A stretch of DNA of 64,000 nucleotides. It comes from Chiloscyllium plagiosum. Its lineage: Eukaryota. The notes under the pieces are model-generated. The model saw nothing but the letters and a program-made list of their open reading frames with translations. It had not been told where the DNA came from and did no database searches. Shown piece after piece: positions 1-12,009 of this stretch. Where the stretch lies: the NCBI RefSeq assembly GCF_004010195.1, contig NC_057720.1, positions 22,589,499 to 22,653,498 on the forward strand, written 5' to 3'. The translations under genes were made by a program, and so were the position numbers. Position 1 is the stretch's first letter. Each line of letters starts with the position of its first letter.

Positions 1-398
1 GAAGAACGCCTCATCTTCTGCCTCGGAACACTTCAACCCCAGGGCATTAATGTGGATTTTAACAGTTTCCTCATTTCCCCTTCCCCCACCTCATCCTAGC
101 TTCTAACCTCCAGAAACTCGGTCCCCTGACCTGTCCGGACTTGTCCGACCTGCCCAGCTTCTTTTCCACCTATCCACTCCACCCTCTCCTCCCTGACCTA
201 TCACGTTCATCTCCTTCCCCACTGACCTATTGTACTCTATGCTACTCTCTCCCCCCCCCCCCCCCCCTCTAGCTTATCTCTCCACGCTTCAGGCTCTCTG
301 CCTTTATTCCTGATGAAGGGCTTTTGCCCGAAACGTCGATTTTGCCTGTCCTCGGATGCTGCCTGAATTGCTGTGCTCTTCCAGCACCACTGATCCAG
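1..398 (+). mobile_element. Penelope-like element 3' end (GIY-YIG C-terminus plus pLTR with hammerhead core), family A
   Basis: Encodes EERLIFCLGTLQPQGINVDF, followed by a pyrimidine-rich UTR and CTGATGA-A-GGGC-TTTT-GCCC-GAAACGTC at 310-337. Confidence 0.85.
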
Positions 399-404
399 TA
401 TAAG

Positions 405-900
405 GTATAGGAGCAGAATTAAGCCCATCAAGTCTGCTTCGCCATTTTATCATGGCTAAAATGTTTCTCAATTCCATTGTCCTGCCTTCTCTTCATAATC
501 TTTGATCCCCTTACTAATCAAGAAGCTATCTATCTCTGACTGAAATACTCTCAATGACTCGGCCTTCACGGTCTGTATAAATTCATCACTCTCTGGCTAA
601 TACAATTCCACCTAATCTCAGCTCCAGTCACTGCACCTTCAATCTGAGGCTATGCCCTTGAATCCTAGGTTCTCCTACTAATGGAGACATCTACTTTATA
701 TCCACTCTATCCAGGCCTCGCAGTATTATCTAAGTATTAATGAGATCCCCACTCATCCTTTGAAACTCCATCAAATATAGACTCAGAGTCCTGAACCACT
801 CCTTATATGACGAGCCCTTCATCCCGGGAATCTTTCTTGTGCTCCCTCTCCAAGGACCCACTCCAAGGCCAGCACATGCTTCGTGAGATACAGGGCCCAA
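405..900 (-). mobile_element. CR1/HER1-like LINE 3' fragment
   Basis: ORF2 C-terminal remnant (...LSLYLMEFQRMSGDLI) plus 3' UTR. Confidence 0.8.
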
Positions 901-1413
901 AACTCTAGTTGCTTGGCAGAATTCAGTGAGGACGTCCTTATCCAACAAGTGATCTGTAACATTGACTCTATTTTTCTCCACAGATGCTGCTAGAGCTTCC
1001 AAGTTTCTCCAGGAATTTCTGGTTTTATTTCAGATCTCCAACCACTGCAGTGTATTGCTCTTATGATAAATAGAGTTAACGCAGGCCTTTGTTAAGCTTG
1101 CAGACTTCCCAATGGTACCACTGATTGCAGTCATAGACTTGGTGGTCACTTCATGTCAGCTTTAAGATATACCATAAGCAGAAATCATTTTGTGCATTTG
1201 GTGGCCAGGTGGTTTGTGACCATGTTCGGCGCATTATGAACATCCAAGATGAAAGATACCTTCATAGGATAGCAGGTTACTGTGCCATCTGTACTTCAAC
1301 AAGCAAGACAGATGTGGGTTAGATTACAACACAACTAAGAGCCATTCTTTAGGGTCATGAGTAATGAATCGGGGGGCACAAGCAACACTCCTGAACAGTG
1401 TGTATCTAATGAA

Positions 1414-1666
1414 AGAACATAAGAGCATCAGAACTAGGAGCAGGAGTAGGCCATCTGGCCCTTTGAGCCTTCTCTGCCACTCAATAACATCATGACTGAT
1501 CTTCTCGTGGCCTCAGCTCCACTTACCACCTTCCCCCCCACCACCCCCCCCCCCACCCCCCCCCCACCATATCCCGTAATTCCTTTACTGTTCAAAAAAT
1601 TATCTATCTTAGCTTCAGAATCATTTACTGAGGAAGCCTCAACTACTTCACTGGGCAGAGAATTCC
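1414..1666 (-). mobile_element. CR1 3' UTR fragment with expanded poly-C tract
   Basis: Tail agaacataagagcatcagaactaggagcaggagtaggcc, matching other CR1 tails in the window (e.g. 32700-32770). Confidence 0.75.
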
Positions 1667-3989
1667 ATGCTGCTATACAAACTCAGGGAAGCTGGTTAAA
1701 TAATACTTTTGCAGACTGGACAATTTGGAGGTACTCTGCATTACTTTGGTGGAGCACATACCAAAACTTATTAACATGCTCCACACTTCACAGCTTTAAA
1801 AAATTTATTGATGCGATGTGGGCACTGCTGGCTAGGCTAGCATTTAAGACCCATCCCTATGTTGCCCTTGAGGTAGGAGTGAATGCCTTCTTGAACCACT
1901 GCATTCCATTTTGGATGGGAAACCCAAAGTATTATAAGGGAGATCAATGTGGGATTCTGACCCAGTGACACTAAAGGAATGGCAATGTGTTTCCATAACA
2001 GGATGGTGTTTGGCTTGGAGGGGAACTTGCATGCTCCCATGTATTAAGTACCTTTGTCCTTCGAGATGGTACAGGTCATGGGTTTGAAAGATACAATTGA
2101 AGCAGCCTTGGTGGACCATTTGCCATGCATCTTGTAGATGGTGCACACTGCTGCTACTTAACATTGGCGGTATAGCAAGCTTTATCATCATGAGAACATC
2201 ACCCTATCCAACAGCTACACAGTGACCAACTGGGGAGGGAGTCAAGTTTACTCAGCTCTTTGAGACTGAACTACTTAAGATTCACTTATCTGACTGAGAA
2301 GCCAGTAAAACCAGCCCCAAGTCTTTATTCAGCAACAGTCCTACACTTCACATTCTCTCTGTAACTGATGATCACAGTATCCACCTAGGCCCAACGCAAA
2401 CATAAAAGTCCAAACAAATAAATACTCCAAGCCAACTATATAAATCAATCCATGCGATACTGCATACTGACATCTATTAATAATTCTTCTGCATTGTTTT
2501 GGTGCCTCTTTCCATGTTCATTTGTTTGGTCATGTGCTCCCTAACCGTAGCTGCAGCAAGGCTGGTGGATGGCTGCAGATAACCTTGCAGGATGACCTCA
2601 GGCAGGTCCAGCCCAAATTTGCCCAGCGTTGGACTGCTCCATCTCGTACGGTCTAGCTGACTGTCTCGTATAAGCAAGGACATTGGTGGAGAGGAAAAAT
2701 GTTGTCATCCTGAGAGAAAACAGCAGGTGTGTGTACTGCCACTTTCTCAGGCCAGTGTCTCCTCAATGCTGGCCATGTGTTGCAGCACAGATTGCTAAAC
2801 TGCTATGACCCTGCAAACTCCATTAATAAGGGTGGTTTCGCTTAGCATAAGCTAGCATTAAATCGTGCTAATTTGTCACATTTTGCATGCCCCCCCCTCC
2901 AACCCCAGATGGGCAGCCACTCAACAGCATGCTTATTCCTTGCTTCATGCTATCATCATGTAAAATAACAGGAAGTGCAAAGTTAGCAGAGTGCCTACTT
3001 TGGAAGCAACAGGCACAGGATAATCCCACAGCATGATCAGTGACTGTTGAGGGGATTATTGAATTTTGCAACCTGCCTCTATCTTAAAATGTTGAGAAGA
3101 AAAGAACGATGACTGTGAGTCAGTAGCTCAGAAGGTGGTCTTACACATTTATTTCTGGGCATGTTTTTGGTAACTCTCACTCTGGGCTCTTATTTCCTCA
3201 CAGTACATGCATGGGAAATTGTGCATCTTGTAAAAGATGATTTATCAGCATAGTTTTCAAAAATGCCATTTACATTTATGCAAGCTACTGACGTAAAATA
3301 ACCAATATCATTTTTACATCTAATTTCTAAAATTAGATATTGATTATAAATATCGGTGATTGCAACACAGTTATTTTGAATTAAATCCAACAGGAGCTGC
3401 ATCACAAATTTGTTGGCAAGTATTTTTCATAGAGGGGAGTTCTTCAACTCCACCCCAGATGGGCTCGAATAGCACCCTTATTTTGGTGTTAAAATCCTAC
3501 TGTGCACTGTGCAATATCAGTAATGAATATGTTAAAAGCACTTACATAACATTCTTGCCTATGCTATTTTAACAAGGGTGTTAACCTCATCAAATTAAAG
3601 TAATTAGACATTATTAAAATATTGGACAAAGGAATTTCATACAAGCATAATAAAGTATTCATTGCAACTCATGTGGTGAAAAGGGCATGCAAGACAGTAA
3701 CAACTTCTGAAGCTCCCTGTTCTTTTAATTATTGGGTTAATTGTTAATCTTCTACTAGGGCAATATTGCGAAACATATGTTATTCCTTACATCTCTAATT
3801 ACATTTACTGTCCTGGAAATAACTCTCCTCTGAGTGCCTGTAGAGCACAAATAATATTAAGTATCGTAGACTGCATTTTAAAGAAACAGAGATTACATAA
3901 AAACATGAAAGTTCAATGGGGATCATCAGTCCCAAAATAAAAGAATAATGAAAATAATAAAAACAAAAACTTTGAGAAACATTGCATTT

Positions 3990-4410
3990 ATATATAATTC
4001 CACTGTGTCCCTGAGGTATTTTGAACCACTTCACAGCCAATGAACCAAATGCACTGCACTATCTGAAAAATGCAGCAGTCAATTTATGAACAGCAAGGAT
4101 CCCAATCAGCTATTCATTTATGGTCTGTAGTGTGCTTGGGAGGTGTTAGTTGAAGGGAGAACATTAGCCAACAGGACATAAAGAGAATTTTGGTTATTTT
4201 TTTCTTGCCGCCATGTGCTTTTTTTAACATTCAGACAGGTTGGATGGCACCCGCTCTAATTAATGCCCTGGGTGAAGGAAGGCATCTTCAACTGTACAGC
4301 ACAGTCTTTGTGCTGCATTAAAGTGTCAGCAAAGATTATACGTTTTGATGCATAGGGATTCGAGCCTCGGATTTCCAACACCCAGAAACAAGCGATCTAC
4401 TAACTGGGTC
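3990..4410 (-). mobile_element. Ancient DeuSINE (SacSINE1/AmnSINE1-like)
   Basis: Minus strand has a tRNA-like head, a gctgacact..tgcagcac..tgctgtacagt core, and gggatccttgctgttcataaattgactgctgc...cattggctgtgaagtgg, resembling AmnSINE1/SacSINE1. A second decayed copy is at ~40752-40940. Confidence 0.6.
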
Positions 4411-6844
4411 AAGTTGCAACTTAATCCATGCACAAGCAAGTCACTGGATATGCACGAATCAATATCATTAATATTGGCAGGTATTCAGGTGTACAAGGCC
4501 TAGCATAATTCTATCCTCGTCTGACTTAAATAATGTTACAAAGTTGAAAGCCTGATTAATATTCCAACAGCTTGAAGTTATGAAGCAACTAGATTTGAAT
4601 CATTAGTTTACCCACAATATGTAAAGAGACCAGTTAAGAACAGAATTTCAGTATTTTATACACACAGCCATCACTTTTCCTGGATCAATTTACAGTGCAA
4701 GTTTTGTGATTCATCTTACAGCCATAGTTCTTGATTGTGAGAGTCCTCTGTGTTTGGGATACTGTTCTGTAGTGGGCGCTAGAAATACCACTGGCTGCAG
4801 GCTGAATAGCCTTATTTAGGCTAATGTTGTTATACTAAGCTAATTGCAACAGTCTCAACAATATTTTCAGTAGAAATTTAAGCAAATAGCCATAGATCCA
4901 CTGCATTTGTACAGTGCTATTGACTGAATGGTGGTAAACCTTTAAGCATGTGTTCTCAAATACATGCATTAATATTTGTTCATGCCCTTTGAAAGCCCCT
5001 GAGATTCTCAATGATTGAGGAGAGCTGACACACACTCAGCACTGATCAATTATTATAAACAAAATTATGGTACAGCAAGTTTCTTTGAACAGATATTTCC
5101 CTACAGCTGTAGATAAATGCAAGAAAGGAACACATCGCTAGTTCAAAATTGCTTCTTCCAGGTGGTCTCACTACAAGTGCCAAAACTCCCACATTGCTGT
5201 GAAATCACCAGCATTATTCCTACTGTATATACTTGATGTTGAGACAGAACAAAAGCAATATGTTGCTTCAACACTGAAGGTGTAGCAAAATGGGGGTGAA
5301 ATCTATTTGTCACAAAAATAATGACTGCACAAAAAGATGGCTCTTAAAATGAGGATTAAAAACTAAGCAGATATGTCTGAAAGATCAAATAGCCTTGCGT
5401 CATATTCTCCCTCATGGGAGAAGTGCTCAGACTATACAGGCTTTAAAACTGCTTTTTGTTTTAAATGAATGTGTGCTTACATTAAGTGCACTTGAAAAGT
5501 GCAGAACAGATGTGACCATGAATAGAAAATAAAGGTTTATATTTTGTTATGGAGAATGTTCATCTTATTCAAAACACTTTCCATGTTTCCTATAATACAA
5601 AGAGATGAAGAGTTTCTCAAAGCACATTGTGTTCTTCTGCAGTTGTGCATGGAAACATGAATTTTGTTGTAGTCAGACGAAATATGACCATATCCATCAT
5701 GCATAAAACATTACGGCAATGAAAAACATCAGTTTGTTGTCAAAAAGCAACCAAGAACTTTTTCTTTTAAAATGATTCATCATCGAAAACAAATCAGACA
5801 TATAAACTAATAGTTTTCACTGTTTTGTAAATGTCGTCATTCTTGGCTACATCCAATGCCTTGTGCATATGTCTTCAATCATTCAGTGATACCCATCAAT
5901 CGCCAATGCCCCTTGCTACATGCTCTTTTCTAACATTTCTTGAGTCAAGTCAATTGATCTGTATAAAAGAGCTTGAATATGCAATATCTGCTTGTCACAG
6001 TGAAAACATGCAGCAGCATTCATTAGTGAGCCCCTAGTGCTATTAACAGCAAATTGTTGACCTAGTCTTGAGGCTAGTGCTGTTAGATTGCAATCACAGT
6101 TACCCATTTTGTCCTGTAACGCTGAGGTCAGGTATTCTCTGAAGCCACTAATAGAACATTTCTATCTTATTTATTCCATGTATTATACGAGGCACAAAGC
6201 TTCTGGAATGTTGCAAATGGTTTTTTGATTCAAATCATGTGTAAGAATTTCCATTAAGTTGCAGCAATATCTGACAAATGTATCACCTTTGGTTCAGCAA
6301 CAAACATTGTAAGTGGGCCACCTAATTTTTCAGGTTTTATTCTTTTCTTGAAATCTGCTAAATGAAAAATGAATGAATTCTGTTGTAAGCAAATACTTTC
6401 TTTCTTGAGTCATTATTGTAACCAATAAACTTTAGCCTGAGAAACTGCTGTATTCTGACAACAGTACCTCTAGTGACTGAAGACATTGTTCTGAAAAATC
6501 ACACGATGCAACCAATTTTACTGTTCTCCTGTAACAATTTTACTGTAACAGAAAAATTGCAAAGAATGTCCACTAAGAGCAAACTGCAGTCCATTAAGAA
6601 TGGCTGGCTCAACCAATTTTGTGAAACTCAACGACACAGCTATCAGAGAGACTTCAAGAGACTTTTAACCATGCACAGCAAGCCATTCACACTCAATTAT
6701 TCCACATCTCACAACTCCACAGGTGAAGTAGTTTCTTCTGAATTCCCCATTGAATTTCTTGCTAACTCACTTAGATTGAAGGCCTTCCACATGAGTATAA
6801 AGTCTGAAATTGCCCAGCCCCTGAACAACATGGGCACTGGCACA

Positions 6845-8590
6845 TCAGTGATTCTTAAGGAACTTGGCAGGGAAGATGCAGAAAGGTTCCTTCCCCCATT
6901 ATGGGAGAGTCTAGTATCTCAAGGCATAATCTCAGAAAAAGGGAGTTACCCACTTAAGACAGAGTTAAAGAATTTCTCCTCTCTGAGGACGGTGAATCTG
7001 TGGATTTCTTTACAACACAAAGGGCTGTCAAGGCTGGATCATGAAGTGTATTCAAGATTGAGGCAGATAGATTTTTAATCAGGAAGAGAAGAAAGGGTTA
7101 TTGGCAAAAGGCAGGAAGGCAGTGTGAGGATTATTTGATCAGCTGCAATCTCACTTAGTGGCTGAGTGGACCTGATGTTCCATCCCTACATCTGATGGTC
7201 TTCTGGAAAGATCGGACAAATGAGACAATGTTTGAAATGTGAAATTGTGATGTCAATGCTGAGTGGCCAGAGGCCAATCTGCATCCAAATGCATCTTATT
7301 TTACAGGACAATTAGGGCTGTGATTGTTGGCAATTTCTATTACTCAAAGGTAGTCTTGGAAAAAGGTAGAATGTGGATCCTGAAAGGGGAAACAGTGCGT
7401 GCAAGAGTACTTTCTGGAACAGTATATTTCCAGTCCCACCAGGGAGCATGTTGTGCTAGATCTGGTCCTAGGAAATGAGACAGGCCAAGTGGAGAATGTC
7501 AGCATGGGGGAGCAGTGGGAAATAATAATCATAATACAATAAGGTTCAAAATTACATTGGAAAAGGATAAAAATCAGTCAATGATTAAGTTCTCAGATTG
7601 AAAAAGGGCAGGTATAGGCACCTAAATGTTGAACTGGACAAGGTTGATTAGCAACACATTTTGGTGGATAAAACAGCCAATGAAAAATGGAAGAATTTCA
7701 AAAAAGAGATGAAGAGGGTGCAAGCTGGGTACATAGCTACAAGAAACAAATTTGAAGTATCCAAAGCAAGAGTACCCTGGATGACTAAGGTTACTGATGA
7801 GAAGATAGGAGAGAAAAAGTAGGCATATGATGCACACCAGAATAATATTAGCAACAGAAATCAAGAAAAGTACCTCAAATGCAGAAGAGGCTAAGGCTGG
7901 AATAAGGAAAGCTAAGAGGAAGCATGAGGAAAGGATGGCAGGCCATGCTAAAACAAATAGTAAAAAGATTAGGGAAAGATAGGGTGGCGCACGTAAGGAA
8001 TAAGCAGGGTAAGCTGCTCACTGAAGCAAATGGCATGGCAGAGGTACAAAACAAATATTTTGCTTCTGTCTTTACCAAATCAGAAGATGGTGACAATAGC
8101 CTAGTTGAAAATTTGGTAAAGACTGAAAGAACTGCGGATGCTGTAAATCAGAAATGAAAACAGAAGCTGCTGGAAAAGCTCAGCAGGTCTGTCTGCACTT
8201 GTGAAGAGAAATCAGAGTTACTGTTTCGGGTCCAGTGACACTTCCTCAGGACCTGAAACGTTAATTCTGATTTCTCTTCACAGGTGCTGCCGGACCGGCT
8301 GAGCTTTTCCAGCAACTTCTGTTTTTGAAAATGTGGGTGTCAACCAACTGAATAGTACAGTGATAAGTGAAGAAAAGGTGCTAAAAAGGCTGGCAGAACT
8401 CAAGGAAGAGGAGTCATCCGGTCCACATGGGATATACCTAAGATTGCTGAGTGAGGGAAGGGAACAGGGCAATTGACAGAACTTTTCCAGGCCTCGCTGA
8501 ACACAGGATTATAAGTTAGGAACTGCAGGATTGCAAATGTGATGTCTTTGTTTAAGAAAAAGGCAAAGGATAACCTAGGAAACTACAGAC
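6845..8590 (+). mobile_element. CR1 LINE fragments (3' end 6845-7200; ORF2 linker/RT start 7310-8590)
   Basis: Remnants SYPLKTELKNFSSLRTVNLWISL, GKLLTEANGMAEVQNKYFASVFT and KKGKDNLGNYRP. Confidence 0.8.
8105..8336. mobile_element. Fold-back Penelope-type element, family C
   Basis: Inverted arms aaaacagaagctgctggaaaagctcagc / gctgagcttttccagcaacttctgtttt; direct repeat ttgaaaat(t/g)tgg. Related, more decayed copies at ~955-1062, 15885-16037, 18452-18582, 36866-37048 and 41978-42161. Confidence 0.75.
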
Positions 8591-8649
8591 CTCTCAGATT
8601 CTCTGTATAGGTTCCCAAAATAACTACCCAGCCAGTCCCATTCTCCAGG

Positions 8650-9630
8650 TGAAAGTGAGGACTGCAGATGCTGGAGATCAGTGTCTAGATTAGAATCGTG
8701 CTGAAAAAGCACAGCATGTCCAGCATGATCCGAGGAGCAGGAAAATCGATGTTTGGAGCAAAAGCCCCTCATCAGGAATGAGGCATTGGAGCCTCCAGGG
8801 TGGAGAGATAAATGGGAGGGGTGGGGCTGGGGAGAAAGTAGCTAAGAATACAATAGGTGAATAGAAATGGGGATGAAGGTGTTAGGTCAGAGAGGAGGGT
8901 GAAGCAGATAGGTGGGAAGGAAGATTGGCAGGTTGGACAGGTCATGAGGAGAGTGCTGAGCTGGCAGGTTAGAAATAGGGTAAGGTGGGGGGAGGGGAAA
9001 TGAGGAAACTGGTGAAGTCCACATTGATGCCTTGGGGTTGAAGTGCTCTAAGGTGGAAGATGTGGCGTTCTACCTCAGTCTCCTCTATATTGGGGAGACT
9101 GGACACCTTCTCGCACAGCGCTTTAGGGAACATCACCGGGACACTCTCACCAATCAACCCCACTGCCCCATGGCCGAACATTTCAAATCCCCCTCCCACT
9201 CTGCCAAGGACATGCAAACCTGGACCTCCTCCACCGCCACTCCCTCATCACCCGACGTCTGGAGGAAGAACGCCACATCTTCCGCCTCAGAACACTTCAA
9301 CCCCAGGGCATCAATGTGGACTTCACCAGTTTCCCCATTTCTCCTCCCCTGACCTTACCCAGTTCCAACCTTCCAGCTCAGCACTGTCCCCATGACTTGT
9401 CCTACCTGACAATCTCCCTTCCCATGCATCCACTCCACCCTCCCCTCTGACCTATCACCACCATCCCCACCTCCATCCACCTATAGTACTCTTAGCTACC
9501 TTTTTCCCAGGCCCACTTCCCTCCCATTTATCTCTCCGCCCCGGAGGCTCCCAGCCTCATTCCTGATGAAGGGTTTTTGCCCGAAACGTTGACTTTCCCG
9601 CTCCTTGGATGCTGCCTGACCTGCTGTGCA
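8650..9630. mobile_element. Penelope-like element with inverted 5' part (minus arm ~8650-9070, plus arm ~9075-9630)
   Basis: The plus arm encodes GIY-YIG remnant LLYIGETGHLLAQRFREH...PMAEHFKSPSHS. The minus arm is the reverse complement of the same 3' end (ERHIFHLRALQPQGINVDF). Hammerhead core at 9563-9590. Confidence 0.88.
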
Positions 9631-10039
9631 GTCCCATTCTCCAGCCCTATCTCTGTAGTCACTTTCCAAAATATAACCTTTTGAATCCTCCGATGGAATC
9701 CCCCTCCACCTTCTCTCCCAGGCAGCACTTTCCAAATCCTAACAATTCTCTGAGTAAAGAAGCTTCTCCTTATCTCACGCCAAACTCTCTTGTTGACAAC
9801 CTTGAAAATGTGACCCCCTACTTACTGACATAGGGTATTAGGTGCCTGGAAAGTGTTGCCAGCAGAGGTAGTAGAGGCAAGCACATTTAAGTTGCATCTG
9901 GACAGATGCATGAGTAGGTGGGGAGCAGAGGGATATAGGGCGATAGGCTTAGACAGTGGATTTGGATTGGCACAGGCTTGAAGGTCCGAAGGGCCTGTTC
10001 CTGGTCTGTAAATTTTCTTCGTTCTTTGTTCTTGGGGAC

Positions 10040-10190
10040 ACCATTCTTAAAGCACAAACTTTCAAAGCATGTATTCGTTACAACATGATTCCGGCCCCAT
10101 TAGTTTAAATGGCGCTGATATTACACAATTTTCTAATAACATGGGATTGCATGAGAATGGAACTAACGTGTAATAGAAGAACTGACTGTA
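10040..10190. mobile_element. One end of a Tigger/pogo-like (Tc1-mariner superfamily) MITE
   Basis: Ends ...aatagaagaactgactg-ta (reverse complement TA-CAGTCAGTTCTTC); the partner TIR was not found. Confidence 0.4.
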
Positions 10191-11103
10191 TCCTTCTTTA
10201 CCCTGTCAAAACTGTTCATAATTTTGAATGCCTCATTAATGTCACCTCTTAATCTTCTCTGCTCCAAGGAGAGTAAGCCTAGTTTCTCTAATCATTCCTA
10301 TAATCTCTAATCATTCATTCATTGTATTGAAAATCTCTCATCCTGGTCTCATTCTAGTAAATCTCCTTTGACCACACTCCAAGGGTTTAAAATCTTTTCT
10401 TAAATAAGGTACCCAGAACTGAAAACAATACTCCAAATGTGGTCTGACCAATGATTCCATGTACATAGATCCCTGAAAGTTGCCACCCAGGTTGATGGGG
10501 TTGTTAAGAAGGCATACAGTGTTAGCTTTTATTGGTAGAGCGATTGAGTTTTGGAATCACGAGAGCATGCAGCAGCTGTAAGAAACTGGCCGCACTTGGA
10601 GTATTGTGTACAGTTCTGATCACCGCATAATAAGAAGGATGTAGAAGCTTTGGAAAGGATTCAGAGGATATTTATTAGGATGTTACCTAGTATAGAGCGA
10701 AGGTCTTATGAGGAAAGGCTGAGGGAGTTGAGGCTATTTTTGTTAGAGAGAAGAAAGTTGAGAGGCGACTTAATTGAGACATAAGATAATCAGAGGGTTA
10801 GATAGGGTGGTCAGTGGGAGCCTTTTTCCTCAGATGGTGATGGCTAGCACAAGGGGACATAGCTTTAAATCGAGGGATTATAGCTGTAGGACAGATGTCA
10901 GAGGTAGTTTCTTAACTCAGAGTAGTAGGAGTGTGGAACATACTGCATGCAACAGTAGTGGAGTTGCCAACTTTAAGATCATTTAAATGGTCATTGGATA
11001 AGCAAATGGATGAAATAGTGTAGGATAGACAGGATTCAGATTGGAACAATCACTGCAATCAACACGGCAAACTAGCAAAGGCAAGCGATTCACATTCCAT
11101 TAA

Positions 11104-11116
11104 CCTGCTTTTGAAC
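11104..11116 (-). terminator. snRNA 3' box co-copied with the U2 variant
   Basis: GTTCAAAAGCAGG lies 16 nt downstream of the U2 3' end. This resembles the vertebrate 3' box consensus GTYYN0-3AAARRYAGA and its usual 9-19 nt spacing. Confidence 0.7.
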
Positions 11117-11132
11117 TTGGGTAGTAGGCATT

Positions 11133-11320
11133 GGCTGCACCATTCCTGGAAACACTGCAATACCAGGCTGATACATGGAGGGGACAGAGCAAGCCCTTAA
11201 GCCATCTCCCTGCTCCAAAAATCCATTTAATACAAACACTCCCACGTTCGGGAGATATCAGCGATTAAACTGATAAGAACAGAAACTACACATATTCCGA
11301 GCCAAAAGGCCGAGAAGGAT
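11133..11320 (-). pseudogene. RNU2: Full-length copy of a divergent U2 snRNA (probable retrocopy; no upstream PSE/promoter)
   Basis: Minus strand ATCCTTCTCGGCCTTTTGGCTCGGAATATGTGTAGTTTCTGTTCTTATCAGTTTAATCGCTGATA...ATTAAATGGATTTTTGGAGCAGGGAGATGG...CCTGGTATTGCAGTGTTTCCAGGAATGGTGCAGCC is colinear with vertebrate U2 (stem I, IIa, IIb, Sm site, III, IV). It is flanked by identical aggattcagattgg repeats (11031-11044, 11316-11329) and lies inside a CR1 3' UTR. Confidence 0.93.
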
Positions 11321-12009
11321 TCAGATTGGTTCCACAGGTCGGCGCAACATCAAGGGTCGAAGGGCCTGTACTGCGCTGTAATGTTTTATTCTATTAGTAG
11401 AGATGCAACATCCCTTCTTTGCTTTAAAACACTATGCCTCTATTTACAAACTCAAGGATCCTATAAGCTTTCTTAACAACTGCTTCAACTTTCCTGGCCA
11501 CCTTCCGAGAATCAGATACATGTAAGGGGAAAACACAGAGTTCAATCAGTGGTCTGGTCATGCATCAGTTGGGGCTGTGCTTCCACCTCGATCAAAACAG
11601 TGGGCTAATGGTCTTAGGGGTCTGCTCACTGAAAGTCAAGCCAGGCTATCAGGCATTGGGTCGGACATTTGAGGAAGACAGTTGTGTAGACTGGTGGCAG
11701 GATGCCAGAATTGAAAGCAGATATTTCTATATTTATGAAGAGACTAATTATGAAAAAAGCAAGTAAACAGACAAAGATGGGAGACAACATGCATTGAAGG
11801 ACATGGGTTCCTGTGATAGGTGGGAGCTCCACTTCATGCGCTCTATGCTGCTTGCCACTCATTTTGTGCATCTGGTCCCTGCTGTCACCATGCAGTAAGA
11901 TTAGATCCACAGTCTGATGAGTCAATATTGGCAAGGTTTATTGAAAATAACTATATACAAAAGACAGTAAGAGATGGTATCTCTGCATTCTGACTGACAC
12001 AGGTCCCAT

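Larger units (their letters stand above)
10456..11395 (+). mobile_element. CR1/HER1-like LINE 3' fragment hosting the U2 insertion
   Basis: Remnants PHLEYCVQF, RGDLIETxKIIRGLDRV and TRGHSFK; the 3' UTR resumes after 11329. Confidence 0.85.

Noticed and set aside
6473..7078. Longest ORF, 201 aa
   Set aside because: The C-terminal half is CR1 ORF2 debris; the N-terminal half has no recognisable homology and no ATG start.
11133..11320. Functional U2 gene in situ, or a U2-targeting retrotransposon (Utopia/Keno) site
   Set aside because: Sequence upstream of +1 is CR1 3' UTR with no PSE, and the U2 is uninterrupted and is itself the insert.
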